Shown here one piece after another: positions 29,856 through 40,411 of a DNA stretch of 64,000 bases. Where the stretch lies: NCBI GenBank assembly GCA_020536535.1, contig JAHLWZ010000197.1, positions 1 through 64,000 on the forward strand, read 5' to 3'. Within the stretch, counting starts at the first letter, position 1, and the number at the start of each line of letters is the position of its first letter. The DNA is from Pelomyxa schiedti (taxonomy: Eukaryota > Protista > Evosea). Made by a program: the position numbers and the translations under genes. The notes below the pieces were generated by a model that saw only the letters and a list, made by a program, of their open reading frames with translations, made no database searches and was not told the origin of the DNA.

Positions 29856-32800
29856 TTAGTTTGAAGCTTCCCAAGTGTAAACACACCCGGACTTATCCAC
29901 AGAAACCACAAACTTTCCATTGGGTGAAACCTTCACTGCGGTTATCTGTGCACCATGGTGGGCAGTACCCGCAGCCACTGCGCTTCCGGAGTCGGAGTTG
30001 TACATCTGTGCCACAGTTACAGTTATTACATCAGGTTGGCTGCCTACCTTGATTGATCGGTCCTTCTCTGCAGAAACAATATATTCACTGCTGACATCCA
30101 GGTCAGTGATGGGCGAGTTGCTTGTGAGGTTAATTTCTTCCAGCAATACCCCTGATTCAACAGCCCAGACAACAAACTTTCGAGGGTAAGGGCATAATGG
30201 GGAAGCCAGTTTGCGTTATATACCTTGTTGTTGGTTCCAACTGTTATGACAGTTTGCTCATCCGCACTGAAAAAGGCCCGAAGAATGGGAGTACTGTAGA
30301 AGAAAACAGCCCTGTGGGATAGGGTTCTGAGATTCCATATCTGGCGAGAGGTTATAATGCGAGAGGGAGATTAGGACTCTACAATACACGACCCATCATG
30401 GCTTGCTGTGAGAAAGTCATCTCCACTCTCACTGAAACTTAGAGCAGTTATCATTTCTAAAAAAAAAAAAAAAGGGTAACAAGTGCAGCTAGAAAGGGGG
30501 ATCTCACTTTTGTGGTCCTTTAGAATTGCTTCCACGCCTCTGGATGACTTGCCTAATGTCCAAACACATACTTCGCCATTGGCCCCTCCTACAACGGCAA
30601 TGGTACTGGAAGGAGCTGTGGCGACCGCTGTTACTCCCTGAGGACATGTATTTACTTCCCACTTGAACCTTCCTGTCTGTGGAGTGTGAGCACGTAGCTT
30701 GCCATCACTCCAGCCTTTATTATGCATGAAAAGTGTGAGGAAATTGAGAGCGCCCTTTAGGAAGACAAACCTGAAAGAATGCTTCTACCGTTTTTGGGGA
30801 TATGAACACATAGGCATTCAACGCCCAATACTGATATACGCAGCAGTTCTTGCGAGGTTGAGGAATTCCAAACACAAATATCACTTCCAGAACATGTTGT
30901 AAATAAATCACTGAAGTTGCTAAAAGTAACGTGAGATAGTTTTTAGGAAAACTAACAGAGTTATTACTGAGGGAAGCAGATCCCGTTGACACGGGCGCAA
31001 GGCGCACTCTCCAGTAAAGTTGCTTGTAAAGTTGTACTTTCAACAAAGTATATTTTGGATTTCTCCGTCCCAACCCAGAGTCCACCCTGACCACTGTCTG
31101 AAATCGAGTTTATAGCTCCCTCTAACTGCACTTGCCTGGTGGTTGAGATTAGTCCACAACAAAAAGGGTTAGCAAACCGTTTTATTGTAAGCATTGTATT
31201 GTCTATTGCATATAATACACCATCTCCAGAACCAACATAGATCTCACACTCCGGATTGGACAGAGCAATGGCGCGAACTCCGCACTGTATAAGAGGTGCC
31301 TCCGCTCTGTCAGCAAGTGCTGTCTGCTGAAATACGCGTCGGCGTGGAGCATCTTGTCTTTCACAAGGTCCCGAATTCTTGAACACTCTATTTTTTAGGT
31401 CGACCTGGTTGTGAGGAAAGGAAAAGAGATGAGATTGGGGTAGTGGTTGTATAATAATCAGGAAAGGGCAATCACATCTAATACATCTCCACTGGTTGTT
31501 GCACAATATACTCTGCTATCAGTAGAATTAATGGCAAGCTGGGTGATCACTCTTCTCAAAGACCCAAATTGAAATTCTTCCGGTGTTATTATCTTTTGAA
31601 GTCTTAAACTATTTGCATGTCAAGTATTGAAGGGAATTTTTTACCTTAGCCTGTTCCTGCACATTCCACTGCTGTATAGTGTGTTCTCCTGCAAGTTAAC
31701 GTTAGATCAGGACTCAGACACTGTGAAAGGGTGGTAAAAACCTGCAGTAAGGAACATGTTATCAGCCCGGTTAAAAAAGCAAATGCACAGTAACCTTTCC
31801 CTGTTAGGTAACATTAGGTTCATGAGAATTTATTGCTGAAGAGGAAGAAGAACCTTGAGGAAGTGTAAGTAAACAATTTGCCGCTGAATAGATTCCATAC
31901 AGATATTCTATTGGCAGTTACTTCATATAAATCAGATGCATGAGGGTACTGTACACATTATCGTGCCCCAAGCTTAGTAGATACTTTTCAGAAGGAGAAA
32001 ATGATAGTGATCTCACTCCACCGCGATGTTGTGTGAATTTGTGAATGCATTGCAAGGTGGCATGTTTACAGACAAAAATGTCAGCCTGGAACATTATGAA
32101 AGGGTGGAAGTATTGGCAGTGAAAAGTACTAGTACACTTGGCTCTGCATTGGTTCCATAGGCTACAAGAGTCCCAGACTTGGATAAGGATACACACGACA
32201 CATCTCCTCCTAATATATCGCCTTCCAGTACGCCACCAACGCTGCTCCCTTCACTGTTAAACTTGCGCAAAACCACACTTGAACCACTCGGCACAAGCAA
32301 TGTCTGAGTTTCGTAGTGGTAAACCAGGCCGCCATTAACCCTTCCTACACAGAGAATGTTATTTCGCTGTACGAAATCCCCTCACTGAGAGGGAAGGCAA
32401 GGTTACCAGAAAAGCCTATGCAGGATTTGAGTGACAGTACGCTATTCGTTAACTGTCCCGTGGTTCTGTTTCCAACCGCCCTCCCGCTCTCGGTTGCGCT
32501 CTTCCCAGGAGGGGAAATCGCCGTGCATTTTGTAGCGGCAGCGCTACTGGCGCTGGTTGTGACAACCGAGGCGCCACAATCAGGATTTGCAACCGAGGCG
32601 GTAGACGAGATCCCGATGCGGCGTTCTCTCCTCGCGACACCCGCTGACTTTGCTTTCTTTGTTGATGCAGTCTTTGTCACCGAAAATGACGATGTGGTAG
32701 TTGTTGTAGTCCTAGTGGTGGTTGTGGATCTCCTCCCTTTAGTATTATTGACAGTGGGTTTTTGTTTGGTGTTTGTGACGCTGCCACGACTGGACGCCAA

Positions 32801-32884
32801 ACTGCTCCGTGATGACGTGGCTGCAGAACTAATTGGGGTAATTGCTCTGCTTGAATTATTGCTGCGACCTCCGAGGGCGTTCAT
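29856..32884 (-). CDS. CFAP52: Cilia- and flagella-associated WD40 protein CFAP52 (WDR16)-like, with an S/T-rich N-terminal extension
   Basis: LKSCIGFSGRVNGGL, GWSDGKLRAHTPQTG, VDLKNRV, HGAQITAVKVSPNGKFVVS match the CFAP52 pattern. Confidence 0.75.
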
Positions 32885-33146
32885 CGCTGTTGGTACAACG
32901 CGGTTATTTGAAATTTTCAATTCGTAGAAACAATCAGTCTCCAAAGAAAGCCTGACACCTCGACAGCTTGGAGCTGTTTAGACTTTGTCTTGAGCCCTCC
33001 CTGTGATGTAGTGTGTCGGTTCTACATGGTTGTTCGGGGGGGTGCGTTTGCAAGAGGAAATTTCCCCGATTGGAAAGCCTGTCTGACAAAAGCACAGAAA
33101 GTGACTTCCCAACTCCGTCACAATAACCGACACACTCACAGCAAGA

Positions 33147-33752
33147 ATGGGCTACACGTCCGGGCAAGTACACAACGACACTCGCGCCACGGGGAAGGCG
33201 TCGGTGGCGCCAACGTGGGCTACGTCAGGCATCGGCCTCAACGAGTACACGGCGTGCCCAAACACGGCGTGCAGGGCTCAGGCGCCGGGGATGTACGCCG
33301 GACGCGTCGTGATCCAGCTGGGCAAGGGCAACTTCTGGCTGTGGGACATTGTCAACTCCCTCAAGTGCCCTCTGTGTTCCTCGCCAGTGACTCATCAGGA
33401 GCTATTTGTTGCTTCCGTGCGTTTGCCTTTATCTCCGTCTCTCTCTTTTTTTCATCAAGTTGATTGTTATGTCTCTGTATTATGGGATGCGGACACTAGC
33501 AGCTGTTATTGTGGGCTTTGAAATCGATTACTTGATTATATTAACAACGCCTATACGTTATGCAAGTTACATTGCCACTGACCCTTTTACAAATAGGCGT
33601 CGTGGAAGATGACTGTGTATGGTGAAGATAACAGCACCACAGTCACACATGGCACTGTTACTGGCCCCAAGTACACTGTTTTGCACTCTGGTGAAGGTTC
33701 CACATCCACCAGGTCAACATCCAGAACATCCATAAACTTCGAAATAAGCTGA
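33147..33752 (+). CDS. Small unknown Cys-rich (putative Zn-binding) protein, 2 exons
   Basis: APTWA..GLN...CPNTAC....V.I..G.G.F......KCPLC; second exon ASWKMTV...NFEIS*. Confidence 0.6.
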
Positions 33753-34198
33753 TACTTTCCCACATGCGGCACAACCACACTACCCTCTATCACACACACA
33801 ACTTCAAAAAAAAAAAGATGGTGTATTTTTTTTCCTATCCACTGACTTCCTGTTTGTATATTTGACATGGGGCACTAGTGTTACTGTGAGTACTGGATGC
33901 ATTGCAAGAAGCCAGAAATGTGGTTCATGGCATTGAAGGAGAAAGTGTTGTGGCTGTTGGGCAGTTACAACGCCCCCATATCCTCTGACTTGGTGTAAAG
34001 GTATTGGTTAACTTTCAACTTCTTCACATTCCCATGTGGGAAGCAAAGTTTTTCACATCCAAAATGAGTACTTACCCGCAAAGAATAAGTCACTTTGACA
34101 CAACTGCTGTTCCCTTGTGAGTCTGGCACATCATGTTATACGAAATCTAGTTCCCAAAAAAAGTCCAATTCTGATAGCAGATCCGTTAAAAAAAAAAA

Positions 34199-36925
34199 AT
34201 GCGAGAAGATGAGGGAGCGACGCAAAAAAGGGGAATCAGTGTGACGCTAGACGGGACGGTGCAAAAATGTGCAGCAGACCTGACCCCGATGTTTCCCATA
34301 ACTCCGTTCGTGTGCCCCACGCAGCCGCGGTGCCGGCCCCGCTACGCCGTCCTCGGCCTCGCCACGTCTCCGCAGGACCCCGAGTCCGTCGCCGTCTGCC
34401 GAATCTCGTTCGACTACGACCGCGACGTCGACGTCGTCCGCGCAGGCGGCGCCCCGCGCGTCTGCGTCATGCGCGCCTCGGACGTGGCGTCGCTGGCCCG
34501 CGCCGTGCGCCGCCGGTGGACCGACCAGCTGCGCGAATTATGGGACGCCGAGAAGAGCGCCGAGGAGCAGTTCCACCGCGCCAAGTCCGTCTCCGCCATC
34601 GTGGGCGCCGGCGAGCGCGCCGACGTGGGCGCCGACGTCGCCGCCTCCGCCGCCGCCGACGCGGTCGCCAGCGCCGCGGCCACCGCCGCCGCGACGGCCG
34701 CCGCCGCCCGCGTCGCCGAGAACAAGGTGCCGCCCTTCTGGAGCGCCGACGACGACAGCGACGAGTGGTGGGACTCTGCCCAGGTGTGGATCGCGTGCTT
34801 CGACGCCTCCCCGGTGTTCGGCCGCCTCGTCAGCGAGATGCGCCGCGTCTCTGGTGGTGGTGGTGGCGGCGGCGGCGGTGCCGCTGCTTCTGGTGCATCT
34901 AGCGGTGGGAGCGGGAGCGGGAGTGGAAAGGACGACGCCACGATGTTGTCGATTGTGGATAAGGGGTGCCTCAGGGACGTGGCTCTGCTGGATATGCTCA
35001 TCAAGCTGAGTGAGTGCGATGCAATCAAGCCGGAGCCGCACTCGTTGGCTGAGATTGTGCATGACTATGCTCCTTGGGCCGAGGCCATCGTGGGTGAGGC
35101 GGCGTCGGGATCGGGCTACCCTCAGCACGTGCTCGACGCGTTCTGCTGCGCCGCTGCTTACGAGTCTATGGTGGTGAGGGCGGCGCACAACATGGATAGG
35201 TACAGGGACGAGTACTTGCCTGGAGTTTTGGCCAAGTACGGGTTCCTTACTGACGTGATCCAGGTGAAAGGTAGCCTTGCTCTTTCCCAAATCACCCAAA
35301 ATGGTATTCATGTGGATTTGCCCTTGCTTCACAAGCGTGCTGAGGAAGTGGAAGCAGAGGTGAAGAAGATTATTTCTGAGTTGACTTCGCATGCAGACTA
35401 CTCTTGTATCTTCCACAAAAATGCTGATGGTACCTTTGCCACTGAAGAGGGGCACCTCCGGCCTCGAATCAACCAGGACAACCTAAGGGAACAACTAAAG
35501 AAAGCCGCAGCCGAAGTGGACCCTGCAAAGGGATTGGAGCTTCCTTGTTCAAAAAAGGATGGTATTGTTGATATCTCCACTTGGAAGTGGAAGAAGTATT
35601 GCACATTCCACCCATTCGTAAAGCTGTGGTTTGACATGGAACACCTTTCTAAAGTTATGACCTATGTGACATCATTACTGCAGACTATCAATACCACCAC
35701 TACTCCAAATGGCCCCTTGGGGATAGTGCACCCTATATACTTCCCGCTCGTGAGGAATGGCAGAGCAAGTTGCCATGGGCCAAATATTCAAATAACTCCA
35801 GCGAGTGGGGGATTCCGTGAGATGTATATTCCATCTCCCGGGAGCGTCTTTGTCATTGCCGACTACAGTTTTATTGAGCTCTGCACTCTTGCTGCCGTTT
35901 GTGAATCTAGATACAAGTTCTCTGTTCTCGCTCAGGTCATTCGGGACGGCACAGATCCCCACTGCTTCACAGCTGCTATGTTCCTTGGCATGAGTTTGCA
36001 GGCGTTCATGGCACTGAAGGAGTCTAATGATCCGGAAGATAACCATAAATTCCATGATTGGAGACAGAGGGCCAAGTCTATCAACTTCGGTATCCCTGGT
36101 GGATGGAGCCCTCAAGCTTTAAGGGAGTATGCACTGACAAGTTATGGAGTAGAGCTATCACGCAAAGAGGCCATCAATTTCCGAGACAAGCTTGTTGGCG
36201 AAGTCTACCCCGAGATTGGCTTCTATTTGTATGAAGATAGTTTCAGGCTGCTTGCTGCAAACTTGAATGCAAGCCTAGGGGAAACATGGACTGTACTATG
36301 GGGCAGAAGGCGATCAGCCAGAGCCGGTGGTGCCATACGCAGTGTCTTACGTGGTAACATTCGCAGGAAGGATGGAACCCCTTTTGAAGAAGAGTTTGTC
36401 AAGGAAGTGTGGGCTGGAATCACCCAACTCATTGCAAAGAGCAACAACCCGACCTTGCAGAAACTATTAGCCGCCGTAGAAGCCGGCCCGCAAGCTGAAG
36501 GAGACGAACGCAAGGCTCTGTGCACGGCACTCCACGACGCTCTGTTCGCCGCCGACGCGGTCACATCCACCGGAAGAATAAGGTGCGGAACAACATTTAC
36601 CAAGGCAAGGAACACACCATTCAGCGGTCTGGCTGCGGATGGCGCCAAGTTGGCAATGTGGAATCTGACCCGCACTGGATACAAGGTGGTTGCGTTCGTG
36701 CATGATGAAATAGTTGTGGAAATACCGGATGCTGAAGACCACATTCTCACCAGAGAGGTGACTATGATTGAGAAAATACTGTGCACTTCCATGCAGGAGT
36801 TGACCAGGAAAGTCCCAATAAGTTGCAAGCTAGCTTTATCACGCCGTTGGTGCAAGGACCCACAGAAGATCAAAAACCCCTTCACAAACTACCTTGGTGT
36901 TTACGACCCTCCTCTCAGTTTCTGA
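34199..36925 (+). CDS. Family A DNA polymerase, intronless, with a degenerate 3'-5' exonuclease region
   Basis: VRNGRASCHGPNIQ; motif A IADYSFIELCTLA; DPHCFTA; motif B RQRAKSINFGIPGG; ARNTPFSGLAADGAK; motif C VVAFVHDEIVVE; true start codon uncertain. Confidence 0.95.
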   Translation: MREDEGATQKRGISVTLDGTVQKCAADLTPMFPITPFVCPTQPRCRPRYAVLGLATSPQDPESVAVCRISFDYDRDVDVVRAGGAPRVCVMRASDVASLARAVRRRWTDQLRELWDAEKSAEEQFHRAKSVSAIVGAGERADVGADVAASAAADAVASAAATAAATAAAARVAENKVPPFWSADDDSDEWWDSAQVWIACFDASPVFGRLVSEMRRVSGGGGGGGGGAAASGASSGGSGSGSGKDDATMLSIVDKGCLRDVALLDMLIKLSECDAIKPEPHSLAEIVHDYAPWAEAIVGEAASGSGYPQHVLDAFCCAAAYESMVVRAAHNMDRYRDEYLPGVLAKYGFLTDVIQVKGSLALSQITQNGIHVDLPLLHKRAEEVEAEVKKIISELTSHADYSCIFHKNADGTFATEEGHLRPRINQDNLREQLKKAAAEVDPAKGLELPCSKKDGIVDISTWKWKKYCTFHPFVKLWFDMEHLSKVMTYVTSLLQTINTTTTPNGPLGIVHPIYFPLVRNGRASCHGPNIQITPASGGFREMYIPSPGSVFVIADYSFIELCTLAAVCESRYKFSVLAQVIRDGTDPHCFTAAMFLGMSLQAFMALKESNDPEDNHKFHDWRQRAKSINFGIPGGWSPQALREYALTSYGVELSRKEAINFRDKLVGEVYPEIGFYLYEDSFRLLAANLNASLGETWTVLWGRRRSARAGGAIRSVLRGNIRRKDGTPFEEEFVKEVWAGITQLIAKSNNPTLQKLLAAVEAGPQAEGDERKALCTALHDALFAADAVTSTGRIRCGTTFTKARNTPFSGLAADGAKLAMWNLTRTGYKVVAFVHDEIVVEIPDAEDHILTREVTMIEKILCTSMQELTRKVPISCKLALSRRWCKDPQKIKNPFTNYLGVYDPPLSF

Positions 36926-37093
36926 AACCAGCCAACACCCCCAAACTCTTTTTGGAAAACAAAGACAATTTCTCATTTTCGGCATACAAAAACAAAACCT
37001 CAGCGCTCCTCCGCACCTAAAACCTGCGCACACCCAGGGGGAGCAACCCTCCTCCTTTCCGGAAAAAGTTCTCAAGTACAGTACGGGGAGCCC

Positions 37094-38415
37094 ATGAGGT
37101 ATTCTACTACAACCACACGAGGAGCACTCCTGGACTTACACACGGAGCTTGACACTCCTCGAACTCCTCCCGCGGTTCGGAGCCTTCCCCCTTCCCTCCC
37201 GTTTTTAGGTGTTTTCCCACGCGCGTGTGTGTTACAGACTCGACCCCGATGCCCCATTCTTTTGCAAAGGGCACACGCCTTTCAAAGGCGTGCATCGCTG
37301 GCCAAGTTGGAAATTGTTGTGGCCATATTCGCGGCCGTCTGCCTTGTGGCATTTATGACACCGAAGGATGACACGGGCGTGAGGATAGCGTTGGACGACT
37401 TCTACTCTAGGCCAATGTTACCGTCGACGGTGGTTTCGTTGTATGAGATGGCGAGGTGCTGGATTGGCATTATTTCCATTGCTAGTATGTTATACCAGAA
37501 GTTGATTGTTGACGCTGTTTTCCTGTGCTTACAGCCATATTAAAGTTTCCTCTGTGGTAGTTCTCTGCTTTGTGGTATGGAGGAGGGGATTTTTGGGAAG
37601 TCATGAGCTCCTAATACCTGCCCGCCAATATGCAAGTCTTCACCCTTTGTATTTGGAAGTCTAACGGCGTGACAAGGTTGTGGTGAAATTCTTCTCCAAT
37701 TTTCTGTTGTGGATCCTCTTCTTTTACATCTTCTCCGTTCTTGGCAAGGTGATAGACCACACACAGGGAGACCCTGTGAAGATGGAGGCCATCTTTCAGT
37801 TGTGGAGGAGCGGTATACTTTTCGATTCTCTCATGACGAGCAGCTTCATTGTTGCTGTTCTTCCTGCTTACCTTATTGGACTTGCTGACTCGGTTACGTG
37901 CACCATTGCTGCACTAGTTGTGTTCCTCTACACCATGGGGTTGCTGTATGGTACAGTGCTGCGTATTTTTATTGCCGCGAGCTCCATGAATGCTCAAGGC
38001 CTCCTTTACCGTTGCAAAGCCACTCACATCGAAGGTAATCTCTTACTCCCTCTTCTAAGCTGCTCATTCTCTCGCTTTAGGCTACGAAAAGATTCAGTCG
38101 CGCACTGCTATGGCCAGTATAATGCTCAACATAGTCATGTTTGCATATGTGGCTGTTGCTTACCATGGTATGATGCCACATTTCCACTGGCAACACGTGT
38201 GTGGTGCATCACACTCACACTTCTCCCAATCAGGTGTGGATGCCCACTATCGCCCAATTATGTTGTACGTGAAGATAGCTCTGGCTGTACATGGAATAGA
38301 AGTATGCCGCAGGTTTCTCGAGTGGGCACTGCAGCCGAGGCCCCCGGCCTTTGACGACCACGTAGACTGCAGTGAATTCGATGCAGATCTTTTTGCTGGT
38401 GTAGACTTCAGATAA
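37094..38415 (+). CDS. Unknown multi-pass membrane protein, multi-exon
   Basis: Several hydrophobic segments in consecutive ORFs linked by short intron-like gaps. Confidence 0.6.
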
Positions 38416-38698
38416 TTCTTAATGACTGTTGTGGGATTCAGAAGTGCCCAAGCTGTAAGAGGCAGGGGTGTTGTGGTGTAAATAATTAAAGCAGATTTCA
38501 TGTTGTTCTTTTCTTTAGTTGATTTGGGTTTTTTCGGGTTCGGTTAGCTTGACCTTGTTCCTTTTGTGAATTGTCCATGGAACGAGTTGAGTCGTGAACT
38601 CATCATTCGGCAGTATTTACAGCACTCTCAGGCCTCTGAGCTCAACTACGTTCGTTCTGTGTGTTTCACTTCTCTGTTCCTCCTGTCAGACCCTGATG

Positions 38699-40078
38699 TC
38701 AAGTTTTCTTTGGTGGAGTGGGCTTTCCCCCTGATTTAACCCACTTCACCTCCACAACGCCAATTTTCATGCCAGTAGTGACATCAAATAGGCCAGTAAG
38801 CACCGAGATCGCAGTTCCCTCCTCAGGGACGGGTGGCGCCACTTGACGCTCTGGGGGTGCTGTGTAAGGCACAGCGGGGATGGCAACAATTCCGGTCCTA
38901 GTACCCAATCGCGGGTTGGATTCCAGGGCACCAAAGGAAGTGAATGACATGCACGGATTATAATCCATAATGCCAGGGACATGGTAGATGAAGAGTGCCC
39001 CATCATCGCGGTGCCTGCAAACGTGTTCCTTTCCGACTATCTCGAGGAAGCAGGGGCGGGTGAAGAGCGTGGTTTTGCCTGTCCCTATGTCGCATATGAT
39101 GTGTTCGGTTTCGGTAGAGAAGACTGTGAACACATCGTCACCAACGCACATGCAGCTTCCGCTATCGCTAAGAAAGCCTGAGGCGCCAAAGCCTACCTCG
39201 GGAACTTCGACGTATCTCACCACAGTAAGAAGCCCGTCAGCAAACGTCTGTTCCAAGTCCACAAATATCACGCAGGGTCGGCCTCTCCCCCCTCCGGCTG
39301 CCATGATCACCAGCGTATTGCTCCCGCTGTCGTTCACCCCCTCGAACGTGGCGCCACCGCCAAAACCTGCATACAGCGTGTAAGGCAAGTCCGTCACCTC
39401 CTTGTTTCCCCACAGCTCGCCCCCGACGACCTTCCACACCAGCAGCGACTTCCTGCCAAGGAACACAATCCACCCGGAGCTGCACACGGCGGGGTCGTTG
39501 GTCGCGTGGAAGTCAGCCACCGCGACGTCGCCGCCCCAGTCCACGACGTAGTACCTGGTGACGCCGCCCACGCCGCCCGTGCCGAGCCTCGCGGCCAGGA
39601 ACCGGCCGTGCCCCAGCGACCCGCGGAGGTGCAGCCCGCGCCCCTGCGACGCCTCGGGCGACAGCAGGCAGCAGTCGGCGCGCACGACGCCGCCCGACGC
39701 GGAGAGCCCCAGGAACACGTGCACCAGGGCGTCCCTGTTGACGGGCTGGGCGCAGGCGACGCGGAGGGTGCAGCCGACCTCGCGGGCCACGCGCATGACC
39801 CAGTGCGCGCGCAGGTCCATGAGCACGGGGCAGGGCAGGTGGCGCACGGGGCTGGCGGCGCCGCAGCGGGGCACGAGGGCGCCGGCGGCCAGGGCGAGGA
39901 ACTGGTCGCAAGTCATCACCCTGCAGTCGCTTGAGAACGACGCGGACTCCTCGTACTTGTGCTCCCAGGCGAGCAAGTTGCTGTCGTAAAAATAGTCGTC
40001 GTTGATGTCCATCAGTGGAAGGCGGTAATAAGAGGCATGGGCGGAGTAGTCGGGGTCTGGGTCCCACGAGGGATCCAT
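38699..40078 (-). CDS. Intronless hypothetical protein of a lineage-specific F-box-like/beta-propeller family (paralog of 49148-50869)
   Basis: 459-aa uninterrupted ORF; DQFLALAAG..SP..LP..HWVM, LGLS..GVV, VDLEQT motifs shared with the second copy. Confidence 0.75.
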   Translation of the reverse strand: MDPSWDPDPDYSAHASYYRLPLMDINDDYFYDSNLLAWEHKYEESASFSSDCRVMTCDQFLALAAGALVPRCGAASPVRHLPCPVLMDLRAHWVMRVAREVGCTLRVACAQPVNRDALVHVFLGLSASGGVVRADCCLLSPEASQGRGLHLRGSLGHGRFLAARLGTGGVGGVTRYYVVDWGGDVAVADFHATNDPAVCSSGWIVFLGRKSLLVWKVVGGELWGNKEVTDLPYTLYAGFGGGATFEGVNDSGSNTLVIMAAGGGRGRPCVIFVDLEQTFADGLLTVVRYVEVPEVGFGASGFLSDSGSCMCVGDDVFTVFSTETEHIICDIGTGKTTLFTRPCFLEIVGKEHVCRHRDDGALFIYHVPGIMDYNPCMSFTSFGALESNPRLGTRTGIVAIPAVPYTAPPERQVAPPVPEEGTAISVLTGLFDVTTGMKIGVVEVKWVKSGGKPTPPKKT

Positions 40079-40411
40079 TATTGCTGGTCACGTACGGTTT
40101 TTTTTCCTTCAACGAAGGGTCACTTCCACAAAGACGCTGATTTGGAATGGCTAGTTCAATTTCCCTTGTGGGTACTGCAAGCAAGGTTGCGACTGGATGG
40201 GGTCTTAGGAGTAGTGAGCCACTACTGATCGCCGGTGGCTCTGTGAGTGTAAGAATGACAAGGAAGGCACAACAAAGATCAATGAAAGTGCCCGGGCTTC
40301 GTTGACCGCGGGGGTGAAGTGTGGTCAACACAAAGAAGGAAACAAACTTGGTTTGGTGCTAGTGGCATCTCCGGCACTTACCGACGCAAGATCTTTGGTT
40401 GTGGGTTGTAG

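Noticed and set aside
33760-37090. PolA as part of a mobile element or endogenous virus
   Set aside because: No terminal repeats, integrase, capsid, helicase or primase seen; the flanks are spliced host-type genes
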